Shown piece after piece: positions 14,401 to 27,489 of a stretch of DNA of 64,000 nucleotides (the first letter of the stretch is position 1; the number at the start of each line of letters is the position of its first letter). The notes under the pieces are model-generated. The model had not been told where the DNA came from and ran no database searches. It worked only from the letters and a program-made list of their open reading frames with translations. The position numbers were made by a program, and so were the translations under genes. Origin of the DNA: Adineta vaga (lineage: Eukaryota > Animalia > Rotifera); the NCBI GenBank assembly GCA_021613535.1, contig CP075495.1, positions 5,952,001 through 6,016,000 on the forward strand, in the 5' to 3' direction.

Positions 14401-15656
14401 AGTAAGTTTTTAGAAAATCATATTTTATATTATATTATCAAATACATAAATATCTATCTTTTTAGAATCGTGGTTTATCATTATCATGTGTTCGAACATG
14501 TGCTGTTGTTGCTGAAGAACGACCACGTTTACAATTATTAAATTCATTTATAAAATTATTTCAAACTATAGGTCTCAATCCTCGAAGTGTTAGCACAACG
14601 TTTGGTTGTCGAGTAAATATAGCCATTTGTTTACGAGGTGCAAGTGATCCAGATCCAGCACCTGTGTACGTTGATCAACGAGCATTGCGAAATGATCGTG
14701 TAACTCTAGTCGAAAAAGGTAGTCCACATAGTTTATGTTTATTAGAATCAGGAAAAGTAAGATATTTCTTTGTTATATTTTTCTTTTCAAAATATAAAGT
14801 CATTTCTTATATTTTAGCTTTTACCGGGTGTAAAAGTGGTTATTGCTAATCCAGAAAGTAAAGGTCAATGTGCTGATGCCCACTTAGGCGAAGTAAGTAT
14901 TGTTTTATATATATATATATATGTATTTCTTGTACTCACTATTCGAATAATTATTTTAGTTATGGGTTCAAAGTGGCCATAATTCTCTTGGTTGTCAGAT
15001 AATTAGTTATGGTGATAATCATCAACAACATGGATCAAATCATAATTCAGATCAATTTTATTCACATATGGCAACGGGTGATACACGACAATTATATGCT
15101 CGAACAGGATACTTAGGATTTGTTCGTCGAACAGATTCCATTGCAGCCGATGGAAGTAAGTTCAATTACTTTGCATTGCAAACTAATATAATTAAATTGA
15201 TTTTCATTTCTTCGTATAGAAAATCATGATGCTGTTTATATCGTCGGTTCTTTGGACGAAACACTTCTCATTCGTGGTATGCGTTATCATCCAACAGATA
15301 TTGAAAATACAGTTATGCGCACGCATAAACGTATTTGTGAATGGTATATACATTTATTTATTTCTGAAAGATTTTCTATTGTTTTTTTTTCTATTACTAT
15401 TAGTGCTTGTTTTACATGGACAAATTTACTTGTGGTTGTGGTGGAATACGATGGTCTCGAACAACATTCACTTGATCTTGTACCATTAATTACAAGTGCG
15501 ATTCTCGAAGAACATTATGTGATCGTTGGCGTTCTTGTCATTGTTGATCCGGGTGTTGTACCGGTCAACTCACGTGGTGAAAAACAACGTATGCACTTGC
15601 GTGATGGTTTTGTCTCAGATCAACTTGATCCGATATTTGTTGCTTATAATATGTAG
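8446..15656 (+). CDS. DIP2: Disco-interacting protein 2 homolog (DMAP1-binding domain + two AMP-binding/FAAL-like domains), multi-exon
   Basis: N-terminal LQELELELAEGDITQKGFEKKR; RVSSKILALVNTLKRPKR; GRKHNSDDLIATALAVEP; C-terminal NSRGEKQRMHLRDGFVSDQLDPIFVAYNM*. Confidence 0.96.
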
Positions 15657-16129
15657 TTCTTTCTTTCTTTCTTCATTCATTTTGTATACATATACATATA
15701 CTTATACTTTCTCTCCCTCTCATGTTCGTTCGTTCGTTCGCTAATACTCACCGAATATTTGGCAGATATTTTTTAATAAGAAAAAAAAGAACAAAAATTT
15801 GTTTTGTAAGAAAGACGAAAAAAAAACAGTAGTAGTCATTTGGATCTTTGATATTGTCTTTTTGTGTTTGTTTTTGCACATCTAAAAAATCTAATAAAAA
15901 AATGCACGTGTTTCTTATATTGCAACTCGTCTTTTCTTGTTTTCTATTTCATTATGTATTCCATTCTATTCTCTCTCTGCTATGAATTCTTATGTTCAAT
16001 TTTTTTCTTCTTTCTTGCTTCGAATTGAATTGTGACACCTTTTTTTTCATAGTATGAAAAATAAAAGTTTATTACAAGAAATCAATTAGGATGGTTGAGT
16101 ATCACTTCTCTCTCTCTCTCTCTTTCCAG

Positions 16130-16798
16130 ATGGCTTCGACTAGTATACCATCAGAAAATGAAACTCCCATAGAAGATCATAGTACATTTCAAAATATCAT
16201 GCGCCATATCATGTCGGTGAAAGATCCACCGATTTCTATTCTACTTATTCGTCATCCCCCGGTACGCACTAGTATCGAAGCTTCAAATCAACGACAAGTT
16301 CCATTGCATAGTGGAGCAAAAGCAATGCTTGTCTGTCAAAAAAATACGGATCAATTTACATTAATTGTTCTTCCAGCTCATTTATCTTGTGATAATAAGA
16401 AAATTGCTGCAACTCTTAGTATACCATCATCAAAATTACGTATGGCTACTGAAGATGAAGTACGAAAAATTACTGGTTGTATACCTGGTGCTGTACCACC
16501 ATTTGGAGCTCTTTTTCCTCAAAATGTACGAACAGTAATAGATGAAAAAATGGCTCAATCAACGGCTCATCCTCCACCATTAACATTCAATCCACAAGTA
16601 ACATTATTTTCTACGAATGATTCTGAATGGCCAAATGATTTAGCTCAAGTTGCTTTACCAAAATTTACAGATCATGAACGAATTGATTGTATTAATTTTA
16701 ATATTGGTTTACGCACAATATCCTGTTCAATACCATTCAATGATTATTTGAGAATTTTAGGCGAGAACAATTATTCTATTTGTGATATTTCAAAATAA
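16130..16798 (+). CDS. YbaK/ProX-superfamily aminoacyl-tRNA deacylase, YeaK/ProXp-y-like, intronless CDS (alternative in-frame ATG at 16091)
   Basis: HPP-x-RTS-x-EA, GAKAML (family-conserved Lys), LIVLPA, TGCIPGAVPPFG (GxxxP loop), INFNIGLRTISCSIPFNDY. Confidence 0.85.
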   Translation: MASTSIPSENETPIEDHSTFQNIMRHIMSVKDPPISILLIRHPPVRTSIEASNQRQVPLHSGAKAMLVCQKNTDQFTLIVLPAHLSCDNKKIAATLSIPSSKLRMATEDEVRKITGCIPGAVPPFGALFPQNVRTVIDEKMAQSTAHPPPLTFNPQVTLFSTNDSEWPNDLAQVALPKFTDHERIDCINFNIGLRTISCSIPFNDYLRILGENNYSICDISK

Positions 16799-16864
16799 AG
16801 AAAAAGAAAACATGAAAAAAACCGAATGTTTACGCTGTGCTAGCATTTTTTGTGTCAAAATAAT

Positions 16865-17356
16865 TTAATAATAAGAATGATAATAAGAATACGTTGGTGG
16901 ATAACCAAAATATGATGAATGTTGATAGGTTTGTTGTGAATGATCGGATAGTTGATATGAACAATGACTTGTTGGTGATGAATGATTATTGTCATCAAGT
17001 AAATCAGTTAGAAGACGAATATATGCTGAAGCAGTTCGAAGAGTTTCAATTTTCGTCAATTTATCTTCCATCAATGTACAATGTTGATTTGATAAATCAG
17101 TTGAGTAAGAAGAAGAAGATGATGATGAAGATGAATCAAGAGGTAATAATGTTCGTAAATGTTCAAGAGCTTCATTGAGTGAACGCATACGTGTACGTTC
17201 ACGATCATTAGCACGTGAGCGACGATGTCGTCTTAATTCTGTAGCTAAGACTGGATCAGTAACTCGTTTACGACCACGGCGTGATTTTGTTGGAGGAATT
17301 GTAGCAGACAAGTCGATAGAAGAGAGTTGATTTTTATCATTCATTGAAGAATTCAT
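16865..17356 (-). CDS. Atonal-group bHLH transcription factor, neurogenin-like (intronless)
   Basis: RRSRANDRERTRMRSLNEALEHLRTLLP...KLTKIETLRTASAYIRLL. Confidence 0.85.
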   Translation of the reverse strand: MNSSMNDKNQLSSIDLSATIPPTKSRRGRKRVTDPVLATELRRHRRSRANDRERTRMRSLNEALEHLRTLLPLDSSSSSSSSSYSTDLSNQHCTLMEDKLTKIETLRTASAYIRLLTDLLDDNNHSSPTSHCSYQLSDHSQQTYQHSSYFGYPPTYSYYHSYY

Positions 17357-18616
17357 TCTAATTAAAGATCTATTCGTTCAAATGAAATGAAATGAAATGA
17401 AATGATCGTTTGGAAGATGTAGATATATTAATAGTACCATATATCTCCTTTCTGATTTCTTTTTCTTTTCGTTCGGAAAAACAGGCTATTGGCTAATGAG
17501 ATAGTGATTTATCCAATGGAAGAATTTTTCTCGTTGCACAGCAGGATTCTGCGATCGATAGATCGTTTGTACATATAATTATCTTCACACAGCACGGTGC
17601 CGTTCATGTGCGTCGCACTTGCTCACCTTATTTTTCTCAAACAACAATTGTTAAAAAAGGCGGAGTAGGAAACTAAGTTGTCAAATGAAATTGGATGTAT
17701 CATAGATATAACTATGCGAATAACTTCAAAGAAAGTAGTAATTTTATTCATTTGCTTTTATTTGAAATAGTAGTGATTTATGGAATGTGTATTGTTACTT
17801 TCATATTGCAACAAAAAAATAAACAAGAAAAATATGTTGAAAGCGTGATCGACAAATATTTCCCTTTCGTTTTTTTTGCTTAGCAATAAGTGAGAAGGAT
17901 ATCGATCAAAATAGTTGATCTTGATTTTTCTTAACACTTTAATAAGAAATGAATATTGAACACGTGTCTAGTTAATCGAATTTTTCTAGTCGTTAAAATC
18001 ATCAGGAGGTCGATCACATTTTCTAGAGTAATACTTGAATTTGACGTTTGAATAACTGATTTGCCATTGGGCATACACATATCAGAATGAATTTTTTAGA
18101 GAGAGAAAGATTCGATTCAGTTTTCATGCTGTGTTTTGTTCTGTCAATCATTTGTCGTTGATCCAAATAAGTGTAATTATCGATGTGCGGTAGCATTCTA
18201 TATTGTTTGTTCTTTTCGGTTCATATATACATGTGTCGAGAAAAAGAAAAGAAATTAGTCAGGAAAAGGCTGTCAACCAGAAAAGATGACATACCTTTCA
18301 ATTACATCAGTCAAAAGGTTTGATCTTTTCTTTTTGATGTTCTTTAACTTTACAGTTATGGTACTGTTCGTTCAGTACATGACATGATGATATAAACGTT
18401 GAAAAATCGTAATGTAGTATAGAAATTTTCTTCTAGAGAGAAAATATGATTTAAATCATTTTTCTAGAATAAATTAAAAGTTAAAAATTAATCGAAAGAT
18501 AGAATGATTTGTATTGATTGATATTTTAATCCCAATCAAAAATCAAAGATGTCGTTAGAAATCGTGATTGAATTTCTTGTCCAAATATCTATTTCGGTCA
18601 ACCATTAGTTGATGTT

Positions 18617-18630
18617 ATTGCCATGACAAC
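18617..18630 (+). promoter_or_regulatory. RFX X-box-like motif upstream of DCLK
   Basis: ATTGCCATGACAAC vs consensus GTTNCCATGGNAAC, ~195 bp before the ATG. Confidence 0.45.
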
Positions 18631-18824
18631 GAAAGGAAATATTAACTAATTTTATTTGTCGATCTTTCGGTCCACGAAAAGATCTGTTTTACGTACATAT
18701 TTGCATGTCAAAAAAATCTGATTTTTCTCCACTGATCAACAAATCCGGTGGTGCTCATTGCTAAGTCTTCCTCGTATTTTCTCTTCTATTCTTTTCATTA
18801 TTTCTCGATCAATTTCGTTCTTAA

Positions 18825-21800
18825 ATGACGGATATCCTTTCATCGCACATTGCATGGTCACGCAGTCCTATGCCAAGTGTCGGACAACAACAACAACAAC
18901 AACAAGAGCATCAACAACAACAAAATTTTCAAAAAAATACACGTCGTACATTACCAAAATTAAGAAATGATATCTCGCCACAAGCAACACCACGTAAAGT
19001 AACTCTTTTTCGTAATGGTGATCGTTATTTTCCTGGCAAACACACTGCTATTATCCCACAAAATTATTCTAATCTTGGACAATTATTACAAGAATTATCG
19101 ACTACTATTGATTTACCCTATGGTGTAAGACGCTTATTTACACCTAATCAAGGATCGGAAGTAACCGATGTTAGTATTATTAAAGATGGTGCTTCCTATG
19201 TTTGTGCTTCATTTGAACCATTTCAACAAATAGATTATACCACTATTTCTGTACCACGTTTAACATTCAATATTGAACAACGTAAGTTTTCTTCGACTCC
19301 TATTTCCTATAGTTTTCATAATCATCTATCTCTATTATAATAGAGCTGTCTTAATTTCTATTAGAATATTCATCAAATTTCTACGTATCAAAAGAATTTC
19401 TTTATGTATTGATGCATGTCTAAGTTCTCCACATCATTTCTTTCTTTTTGCTTCTTTCTCTTCTATCCGTTTTTAATTACTACTATAAAAATGTATTATT
19501 ACAAAATCAGCATAAATAAGAAAGAAAAATAAGTCGAGATCGAACGAAACACAATGATGAAAAAAAGCCATTATCCTTTTAAGGATTTCTAACTTAATGA
19601 CTATATAAATCGATTTACATTGTATTTATTTAACTCTTCTATATATTCGTGTCGATATAAAAAAAAAGCTTGTTTATCCAATAAAATACGATAGCATAAC
19701 AAATATGTATATATATATACATATATTATTAGAATAATTTATCAATGCTATCTGTCTCTGTACTAAATGTCCTTTTTTCATTCAATATTAGATATTAAAA
19801 CTAATGATAGAGAAAATTGAATCGCATATTTTTATGTAGGAGGTTTTGTCACTTGAAGTAAAAGGAAATGAAATGAATGATATTCATCTAACTAATTATA
19901 TTATTAAAGGACTGTTAACATATAAAGTATTGAGTAGATTAATTGAGGGAAAGAAAAATAGAGAATAATTATCATAGATTCGATGTTTTGCTTTTCAATT
20001 TCTAGTTCGGCATCCAACACATAATGTCTTTCCTTCACATCGACTTAATGTACGTCACTTACCAACATTACCGAATTCCAAACCTGCTCCTCTTAGTACA
20101 TCACCAACGAATTCAAATGTAACTTCAACAACGAATCGTTTTCCAGCAAATAATCTTCTCTTACAATCGGTTAGTCCATCAATAAGTAACTCAAATCAAC
20201 AAACACAGAAAAAAATTCTTCCAAAATCAAATAAATATTCGTATGATTCACCATCAAATAAATCTCGTCAAATAACAATTATTAAACAAGGAAATGAAAA
20301 ACCGCATAAATCTATTACTATTTTTCTTAATCGACGAACAGTTCAAACTTATGAACAACTTCTATCTGATATATCTGAATCCTTTGGCTATCAAAAAAAT
20401 CGAGCAGATAAAGTAAGCCACTCACACGTATAGACACCAAGAGAGGGGAAAAAGATAGAAATGCTTCTTATTTCATTGAAAATCTAGTCAAGAGAAAATC
20501 TCATTTCTTTTTCGCGAGAAAAATTTTCTTTCCGCATCGTCTTTCTAATATCAAAGGTTTATTATTAAAAGGTAAAAAAACTCAGACTACAACAAACAGG
20601 ATGAGAAATTTTTTCCTTTCATCTTTCTATCTCGTGCGTAGTTCATTCTCTGGCGACTCCTTGTCTTTCGTATAGATTTTCCTAAGAAGAATAGTTTCAC
20701 TTTCTAGATCCGACGATTATTTACGCTTAAAGGCAAACAAGTGAATGGTATCAATGATTTTTTTCGTGAAGGTAAATTCCTGATTAATTGATGTGTCAAA
20801 GAAATAATCTATTATCTCTAGATGATGTCTTTGTCGCATCAACCAATGTTATTGAACTTTCATTAACTGATTTACGAGAAATTAGTGTAGAAATGTTGAA
20901 TGATCCTCAACGTTCAACATCACGTAATGCAAGTGTCAATCGAAATCAATTTAAACAAAATTTACAACCGCTTCCAGATCGTGATACACCAAATACTCAG
21001 ATAGGTGCAACAGCGACAGATGGAAAAAAGATAGTTAATGTACGTGATAGTGGATTCCTCGATGATGAAGATGGCCTGTCGGGTAGAGATAGTGAACTAA
21101 CAACATCACGTAAGACACCATCACGACCAACAAATAATACGATGAAACAGTATGAACCAGTATCGGAAGATGCACCAACTCCTAGTGATCTTATTGGACG
21201 AAAACAAAAAAGTAAGAGAAATCTTTGAAAGAAAAAAAAATGCAATCTATTAATCATGATGTTTTTCTATCTAAAATTAAAATATGTCGTATTTAATTAA
21301 AGAAACAACAACTAAACCGACAAATACTCAAACTGTCGAACAACAACGTGACCGTGAACGACAACGTTTAAAAGAAGAAGATGAACGTCGAAAGAAATTA
21401 TTAATTCGAAAGGATCATCAATCAACACCACAAGTACCACCAACATCAAAATTTGAACCATTAGCAGTTGATATTAATAATGATGAATCTCGTGGTCAGA
21501 AATCAAAAACTCCGATCACAGGGACCGGTACATTTTCTCCACATTTTCCTTTAACTAGTGGTGCTACAACGAAAATAGCAAATAATAAACCCTCTTCCAA
21601 TACATCTTCATCTCGTTTAAATCGTCATGATGAAAATAATCCACTGAATCATGAGACAAATACTGCCGTAGGATCAGCAGTAGCAGTACCAAAAAAAGCT
21701 GTTCTGAAGAAACGTTCATCTGTTTTAGTAAATTTGATATTTTTTGGAGGAAATCTTTCTTTTCTCACCATGTATTCTTTTTCTAGCATACTTCATCAAC

Positions 21801-22925
21801 TGTTGTTACTGATCGATATGAACTTGGTAAAAAGATGGGTGATGGCAATTTTGCTGTCGTTCATCGATCAAAATTACGTGGATCTGATCGTGAATATGCA
21901 ATCAAAATAGTAGATAAATCAAAGATGAAAGTAATTTTATATCAATTAGACATATGTGAAATGTTAATCTCTTTCATCTAATCTAGGGAAAAGAATATAT
22001 GCTTGATCATGAAATAAACATAATGTATATGTGTAACCATCCAAATATCATACGTTTATTTGAAGATTATGAAACACCTGATGAAATTTATCTCGTTATG
22101 GAATTAATTAAAGGTGGAGATTTATTTGATTATATAACAAAACATCGCCGTTTTGATGAACCAACGTCTTCATTAATGATTAAGGATGTAGCTGAAGCAC
22201 TTTTATATTTACACGCCAAAAAGATTGTTCATAGAGATTTAAAACCAGAAAATTTATTAGTAATGCAAAGAAGAGATGCACGAATTACAATCAAATTAAC
22301 TGATTTTGGTTTAGCAATGCAAGTATCTGGACCAATAAAAACAGTCTGTGGAACACCAACGTAAGTCATTAATATTTCTATTTTCAATTAATACTAATTC
22401 AAAGCATCCATTGTAGTTATGTCGCACCGGAAATACTCGCTGAGACTGGTAAAACTTGATATTCTACGGAAGAAAAATAGACTGTAATAAGTGTTATTTT
22501 TAACTTAGGTTATGGAATGGAAGTTGATTGTTGGGCAGTAGGAATTATATTATATATTCTTCTTTGTGGTTATCCACCATTTAAAAGTCCCGATCGTAAT
22601 CAAGAAGCTTTGTTTCAATTGATTCAACGTGGAAAATTTACCTATGATACAGAATATTGGAGTGCCATTTCAGCGAGTAAGATCTGTGTAAAGAAAACAC
22701 AATAAATTGTTAATAAGTTATTGTTTAGACGCAAAAAATTTAATCGATCATTTATTAGTTGTCGATCGACATAAGCGAATGCGTTCTGATGAAATTCTTC
22801 TACATCCATGGATTATGAGTGTAGGCCAATCAAAACCAATACGTAATACGGAAGAACTAAAAACTGCTTTACGCTCGAAATATGATGCAAAAATCAAAGA
22901 ATATACCGAGAATCAAAGTCCGTGA
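18825..22925 (+). CDS. DCLK: Doublecortin-like kinase (two DCX domains + CAMK-group kinase), multi-exon
   Basis: DCX: KVTLFRNGDRYFPG..GVRRLFTP..YVCASFEPF; second DCX LNRRTVQTYEQLL. Kinase motifs GDGNFAVV, YAIK, HRDLKPEN, DFG, CGTPTYVAPE. Confidence 0.93.
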
Positions 22926-23751
22926 TTCTATAAACTATAAATGGCATTTAAAGTGCCGTTAACGCGTCAGATTTTGGTTTCTTCCGTCCACCTATATAAC
23001 CATTAACGTCTTTTGAATCTCTTGTTTGATTTTCTATTTGTTGACGGCACACGTTATTCACTCGATTGCTATATTTGATAGACAAAGAAAAAAAAGTATA
23101 TATCTATATATATGTAAGCGTCATCATTTTTTTTGTTCCCTGAAAAAAACGAAGTTTTTATTTTAAAACTTAATTTGCTTTGTTTGATGAACAGTGGAAA
23201 GATAAGAATGTGATATGTAGAAATGAAATAAAAATTCCGACGAATTGAACTGTCCTTATTGTATAAATCAAGTACATTTTTGTTATCTGTATTGAGTATT
23301 ATTTGATCCAGGTTTTTCGTTTCAATAAGTGTCATCTTAAGGATGAATACGTTGCATAAAAACAAATTCAACTAATTAAATCTGTGTTCTAATGAATGTT
23401 TCCTCCGGAAAAGATTGTTCTAATTTTCTGAATTGAACTTTTCTTCCTAAATCAATATGATACGATAAAATCTTGTATTACAATAGTATATGAGAATCAA
23501 TGTCTGGAAAAAATACAAAAAGAACATCATTATATATGATTATCAAGATCATCTACGTAATAGATAATCTATTGAAAAATATTTTTGAAGTAATGAGTAT
23601 ATAGTCATTCTTAGAAATTCATAACCATTGGCATGACGTTCCATTTAGTAGTGGAAGCAGAATTATCTAGTTATTTTATTAAGAAATGAAAGTATGTCGC
23701 GAAAACTCTCTTTCATACATAGGTCATAAAACGATTCTCATTAAAAACTAA

Positions 23752-24777
23752 TTATAAATACGGCAAAATGCTTTGAATCCATGGTAAATAGAATCCAACA
23801 CGTGTATAAATTCCTGAAGAAATCGATGTATCACATTGACTATTTCCATAACTAACAATACCGGTTGCGACAAAATGTCCTTGTTTTTGATTATTGTATT
23901 CTACAACTAATAATGGACTACCACTATCACCAGAACATGTATCAATCGGAAGATGATTATAACCTGCACACAATTGTCGAGCGGTGTCCACAATTGATTC
24001 TCGACATTTGATATTTTGTTCATCAACAATTGGCATAACGACATGTTGAAGAGTGGGTGAATTTCGAGTATTTGGTCTCGAATTAAGTTTTCCCCAACCA
24101 CTGACAACGGCTGATGTTTGTGCTCGAGGATATATCGATGATTGCATTGTTGGTAAACAACAAGGTTGTAAATCAGAAGCAAATACATGTCGAATCTTAA
24201 TCACTGCTATATCATTTAAATGTATACTATTATTATATCGATATTCAGGATGATTAAACCATCTATCAACATCGTATCGTTCACCATTGAATTGACGAAG
24301 ATCATGCGCTCTAGCTAATATCTGTATTTGATTAGGACTACGGCCATTTAGACAATGTGCTGCTGTTAAAATTGCAGTCGAAGAAATAATAGATCCTGTA
24401 CAGAATGGTTCTGTTGAATATCGATCAACTAATGCAACCAACCATGGATATGTAAATGGCAGTGCATCTTTACCACCGACGATTTTACCCTTGATCGTTT
24501 TTTGTTGATTAAAATTTGGACAACCACATGGTCGTGGTCCACAAATGAAATCTGGATACGATAAGAGTGATGAAACTGTATGTCGATAACGAACAAAATA
24601 CAGAACGAGTAATATAATTAAAGCAATAAGTATAAGTAAAGAACATATACCACCAACACAACATAGAAGATAACGAACAGAAGGTCTTTGTCGTAATCGC
24701 ATGCGCGATAATGGTCTTAGTGAGGGAGGAGATGGCAATGGTGCTTGTGATGTAGCATAAGGTTGTTCAAAGTACAT
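23752..24777 (-). CDS. Type II transmembrane trypsin-like (S1A) serine protease, intronless
   Basis: N-terminal signal anchor, K|IVGG activation site, triad motifs TAAHC / DIAV / GDSGSP, Asp189-equivalent in DTCSGDS. Confidence 0.95.
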   Translation of the reverse strand: MYFEQPYATSQAPLPSPPSLRPLSRMRLRQRPSVRYLLCCVGGICSLLILIALIILLVLYFVRYRHTVSSLLSYPDFICGPRPCGCPNFNQQKTIKGKIVGGKDALPFTYPWLVALVDRYSTEPFCTGSIISSTAILTAAHCLNGRSPNQIQILARAHDLRQFNGERYDVDRWFNHPEYRYNNSIHLNDIAVIKIRHVFASDLQPCCLPTMQSSIYPRAQTSAVVSGWGKLNSRPNTRNSPTLQHVVMPIVDEQNIKCRESIVDTARQLCAGYNHLPIDTCSGDSGSPLLVVEYNNQKQGHFVATGIVSYGNSQCDTSISSGIYTRVGFYLPWIQSILPYL

Positions 24778-25979
24778 TTTTGGTTTTTTATGCGACTAAC
24801 TATTAGACTCGTCGATCTATTATATATTTTAAGGACAAAATCAAAATGATTCAGATACTAATTCTCGACCTTTTCAAGGATTAAGGATAAAGAAAAAATG
24901 ATTCATCTTTTTCTTGACAAAAGTATATCTTTTCGAAAGCATGATCACAATTAATTTCAACTTTTTCTTGTTTAAAAATATTCAAAATATTGCAATGTAT
25001 ATTGTTTACTTCTAGAATCAAATAAGAATATGAAAATACTTTTCGAAACTACAACAATTTGTTCATGAAAGTTACTCAAATATCACCTAATAGAAATATT
25101 TTGAATAACAAGATACAAAGTTAAATCATTTTATAGGATTAACATTTTTTAAATCTTGTTTGTCATGTCGATTAAATCTAGACAAACACATATGATTTTT
25201 TATTACTATAATGAAAAAAAGCTTATATCTCATCGTGAATTATCGTCCTTCATCATCGATGTTGACATTGCAAAATAATGATCTGTTCTAAGAAAATTTG
25301 TGTGTGGTGATCAACTGATGTAAATGCATTTGATTACGCTTCATTTTACATTCTATTTGATATGCTAAGTCTTATAAAAGTTCTTGTGCGCGCAAATGAC
25401 ATAGTTGTTTGTTTATCGTATTGTTGTTCGCATCTTCTACCTTTCATAGTTGAACAAAATGGTAAACAAACGTAGCAAATCGAATGGTACCAATTCGTTC
25501 AATATAGTTAGAATCGTATTCTTAGCTGCATTTTCAGATTTATTTTTTGGTACAACAAATTCAGTGAGATCAGATTAGCATGCTTCTCTTCTATCTTCGA
25601 AGGTCAATATTAAATATATCCTGTATTAAATTCAATAACCTACTTGCCAACATTGCTATAACCTGAAATGCGTACTTTTTATCAAGAATCAAGTCTGCGA
25701 TAGATATTTTAATGTAATCACGTACTTGTTGTTGATGTATCCATATAAAAAAAATCATAAATATTGCTTTATAATCTAAGTAGATAATATATTTTTGAGT
25801 CTCACTATCAGCAATATGACTCTATTCTATATCTAGGATACTTTTACTGTCTGTGATAACCAACAAAATTAATAGTCAAGAAAAACACTCATATTCTTTC
25901 ATTTATTTTATGTCATACATAACATCAAAACTAAGAAGGAAACCTCTAAGAATAATTATAAGACAAAGCCATCGTCGAA

Positions 25980-27188
25980 CTATGTATAATGTTTCAAGAT
26001 TTTTTTTCTTGATACTATTTCATGGCAAAGTAATTGATACAGTTCCATTGCACGTAGTCGAGATTTATCATGCTCAGAGATCGATTGATTAGATTGTTCT
26101 TGATGTTCATCATTCGTTTTGATAAAATCTGCAAGTAAAATATATCCTGTCGTAACTATCCAAATGATTAATGCCGAAAACAAAACTAACCTGCTGAATT
26201 TAATAGAACTGTTTCATTTGATATATTTGTAATAGGAGCAATTTGTTTACTTTCGTTCTTTGGTACAGAAAATTCTATACGATCTGATCGATATGTTTCT
26301 GTTCCATCTATAGGAAAATAAGTTTACTATTTCTTGAGATATTTATACGATTAAAGTCAACGAACTAGAAAGTTTGGCTATAATTTGAATGACATGTTTG
26401 GTTCCTGATTGAAGATTATGTAGGTACACTTTTATGTGTTCATGAATGGATTCGTTATTAATCTATATTGCACTTTTATCATCTACTATTAAAAGAATGA
26501 AATATTATACATACATGTTGAATTTCTTTGTCATTCAAGTAGATACTATATTTCGGTGCACAGTGGTCACCAATATGATCCCATACAATAGTAACAATTG
26601 GTTTTACCTTATTTTCATTCCATTGAAAACAAATTAATGGATTGATCCCAATACCATACTCAGTAAAATGAAATTTCTAAAAAATAACATCTATATTCTA
26701 GTTTTATTCTACAGGATAAAGGTGACGTACGCATAAATTTGATTGTTTATTTGTCATTGTTTCATTCGTCTTTATTGAGATTGCTTCAACTAGAACAGCG
26801 ATTGCCTTTCCTTTTTCGACCGGAAAACCAGATAGTGATATATCACGATTGTAACGACTGAATTCTCCGCGAACAATATTGTCAACTCTTAACTACAGTA
26901 GTATGATTAATATGTGAAATCTATTCTTTGTCAACAATCAGTTGGGTTACTTTAAATTTATCAATCAATTCTCGAGCGTAATCAGGTTCAACGTTAATAG
27001 TTGCATACACTTTATTATATGGAGATCTTGGTATTGCATGTTTCAACTCAATAGAGAAAGTGTCCCACAATTTCTTGACATTCTAACATAATATCATAGT
27101 GAATTATGAATGATAGAACTTATTAACATCTTACCAATCGTTTTGATGTTGCGAACAAGTCACTATGGTCAGCTGGTTCACCATTCAT
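25980..27188 (-). CDS. Hypothetical ~290-aa FN3-like-domain protein (7 exons, mostly absent from the ORF track)
   Basis: Exons 27188-27135, 27082-26951, 26892-26731, 26676-26515, 26462-26366, 26307-26191 and 26128-25980 are all GT-AG, phase-compatible and stop-free. FN3-like VTIVWDH..KYSIYLNDKEI..LHNLQSGTKHVIQIIAK. The last exon boundary is uncertain. Confidence 0.7.
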
Positions 27189-27489
27189 AGTCAGTAAATG
27201 ATCGATTCAGAGTTGTTCGTATACAATGTTAAGATCAGTCTGCTCTTCTTGTATTACTTATGAGAATAACTACTTGCAGGTTTTCTATAACGCAAGATTC
27301 ATTTAAATACAAATAAAATGTGTTTTTCGAGTCCTTTGTATCATTGATTTTTTTATTTGTCTGATTCATATAATTATAAAATCTTGTAATGATTCTTCTT
27401 TTTTCATATAACTTCTCAATTGAATCGACTGTTCGATTATTAACTGTTGATTTAACACGACAGATATTATAAAATTGTTCTTTCGACAA

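Noticed and set aside
24800-25900. Possible transposon remnant
   Set aside because: No terminal repeats, transposase motif or sustained reading frame could be seen.
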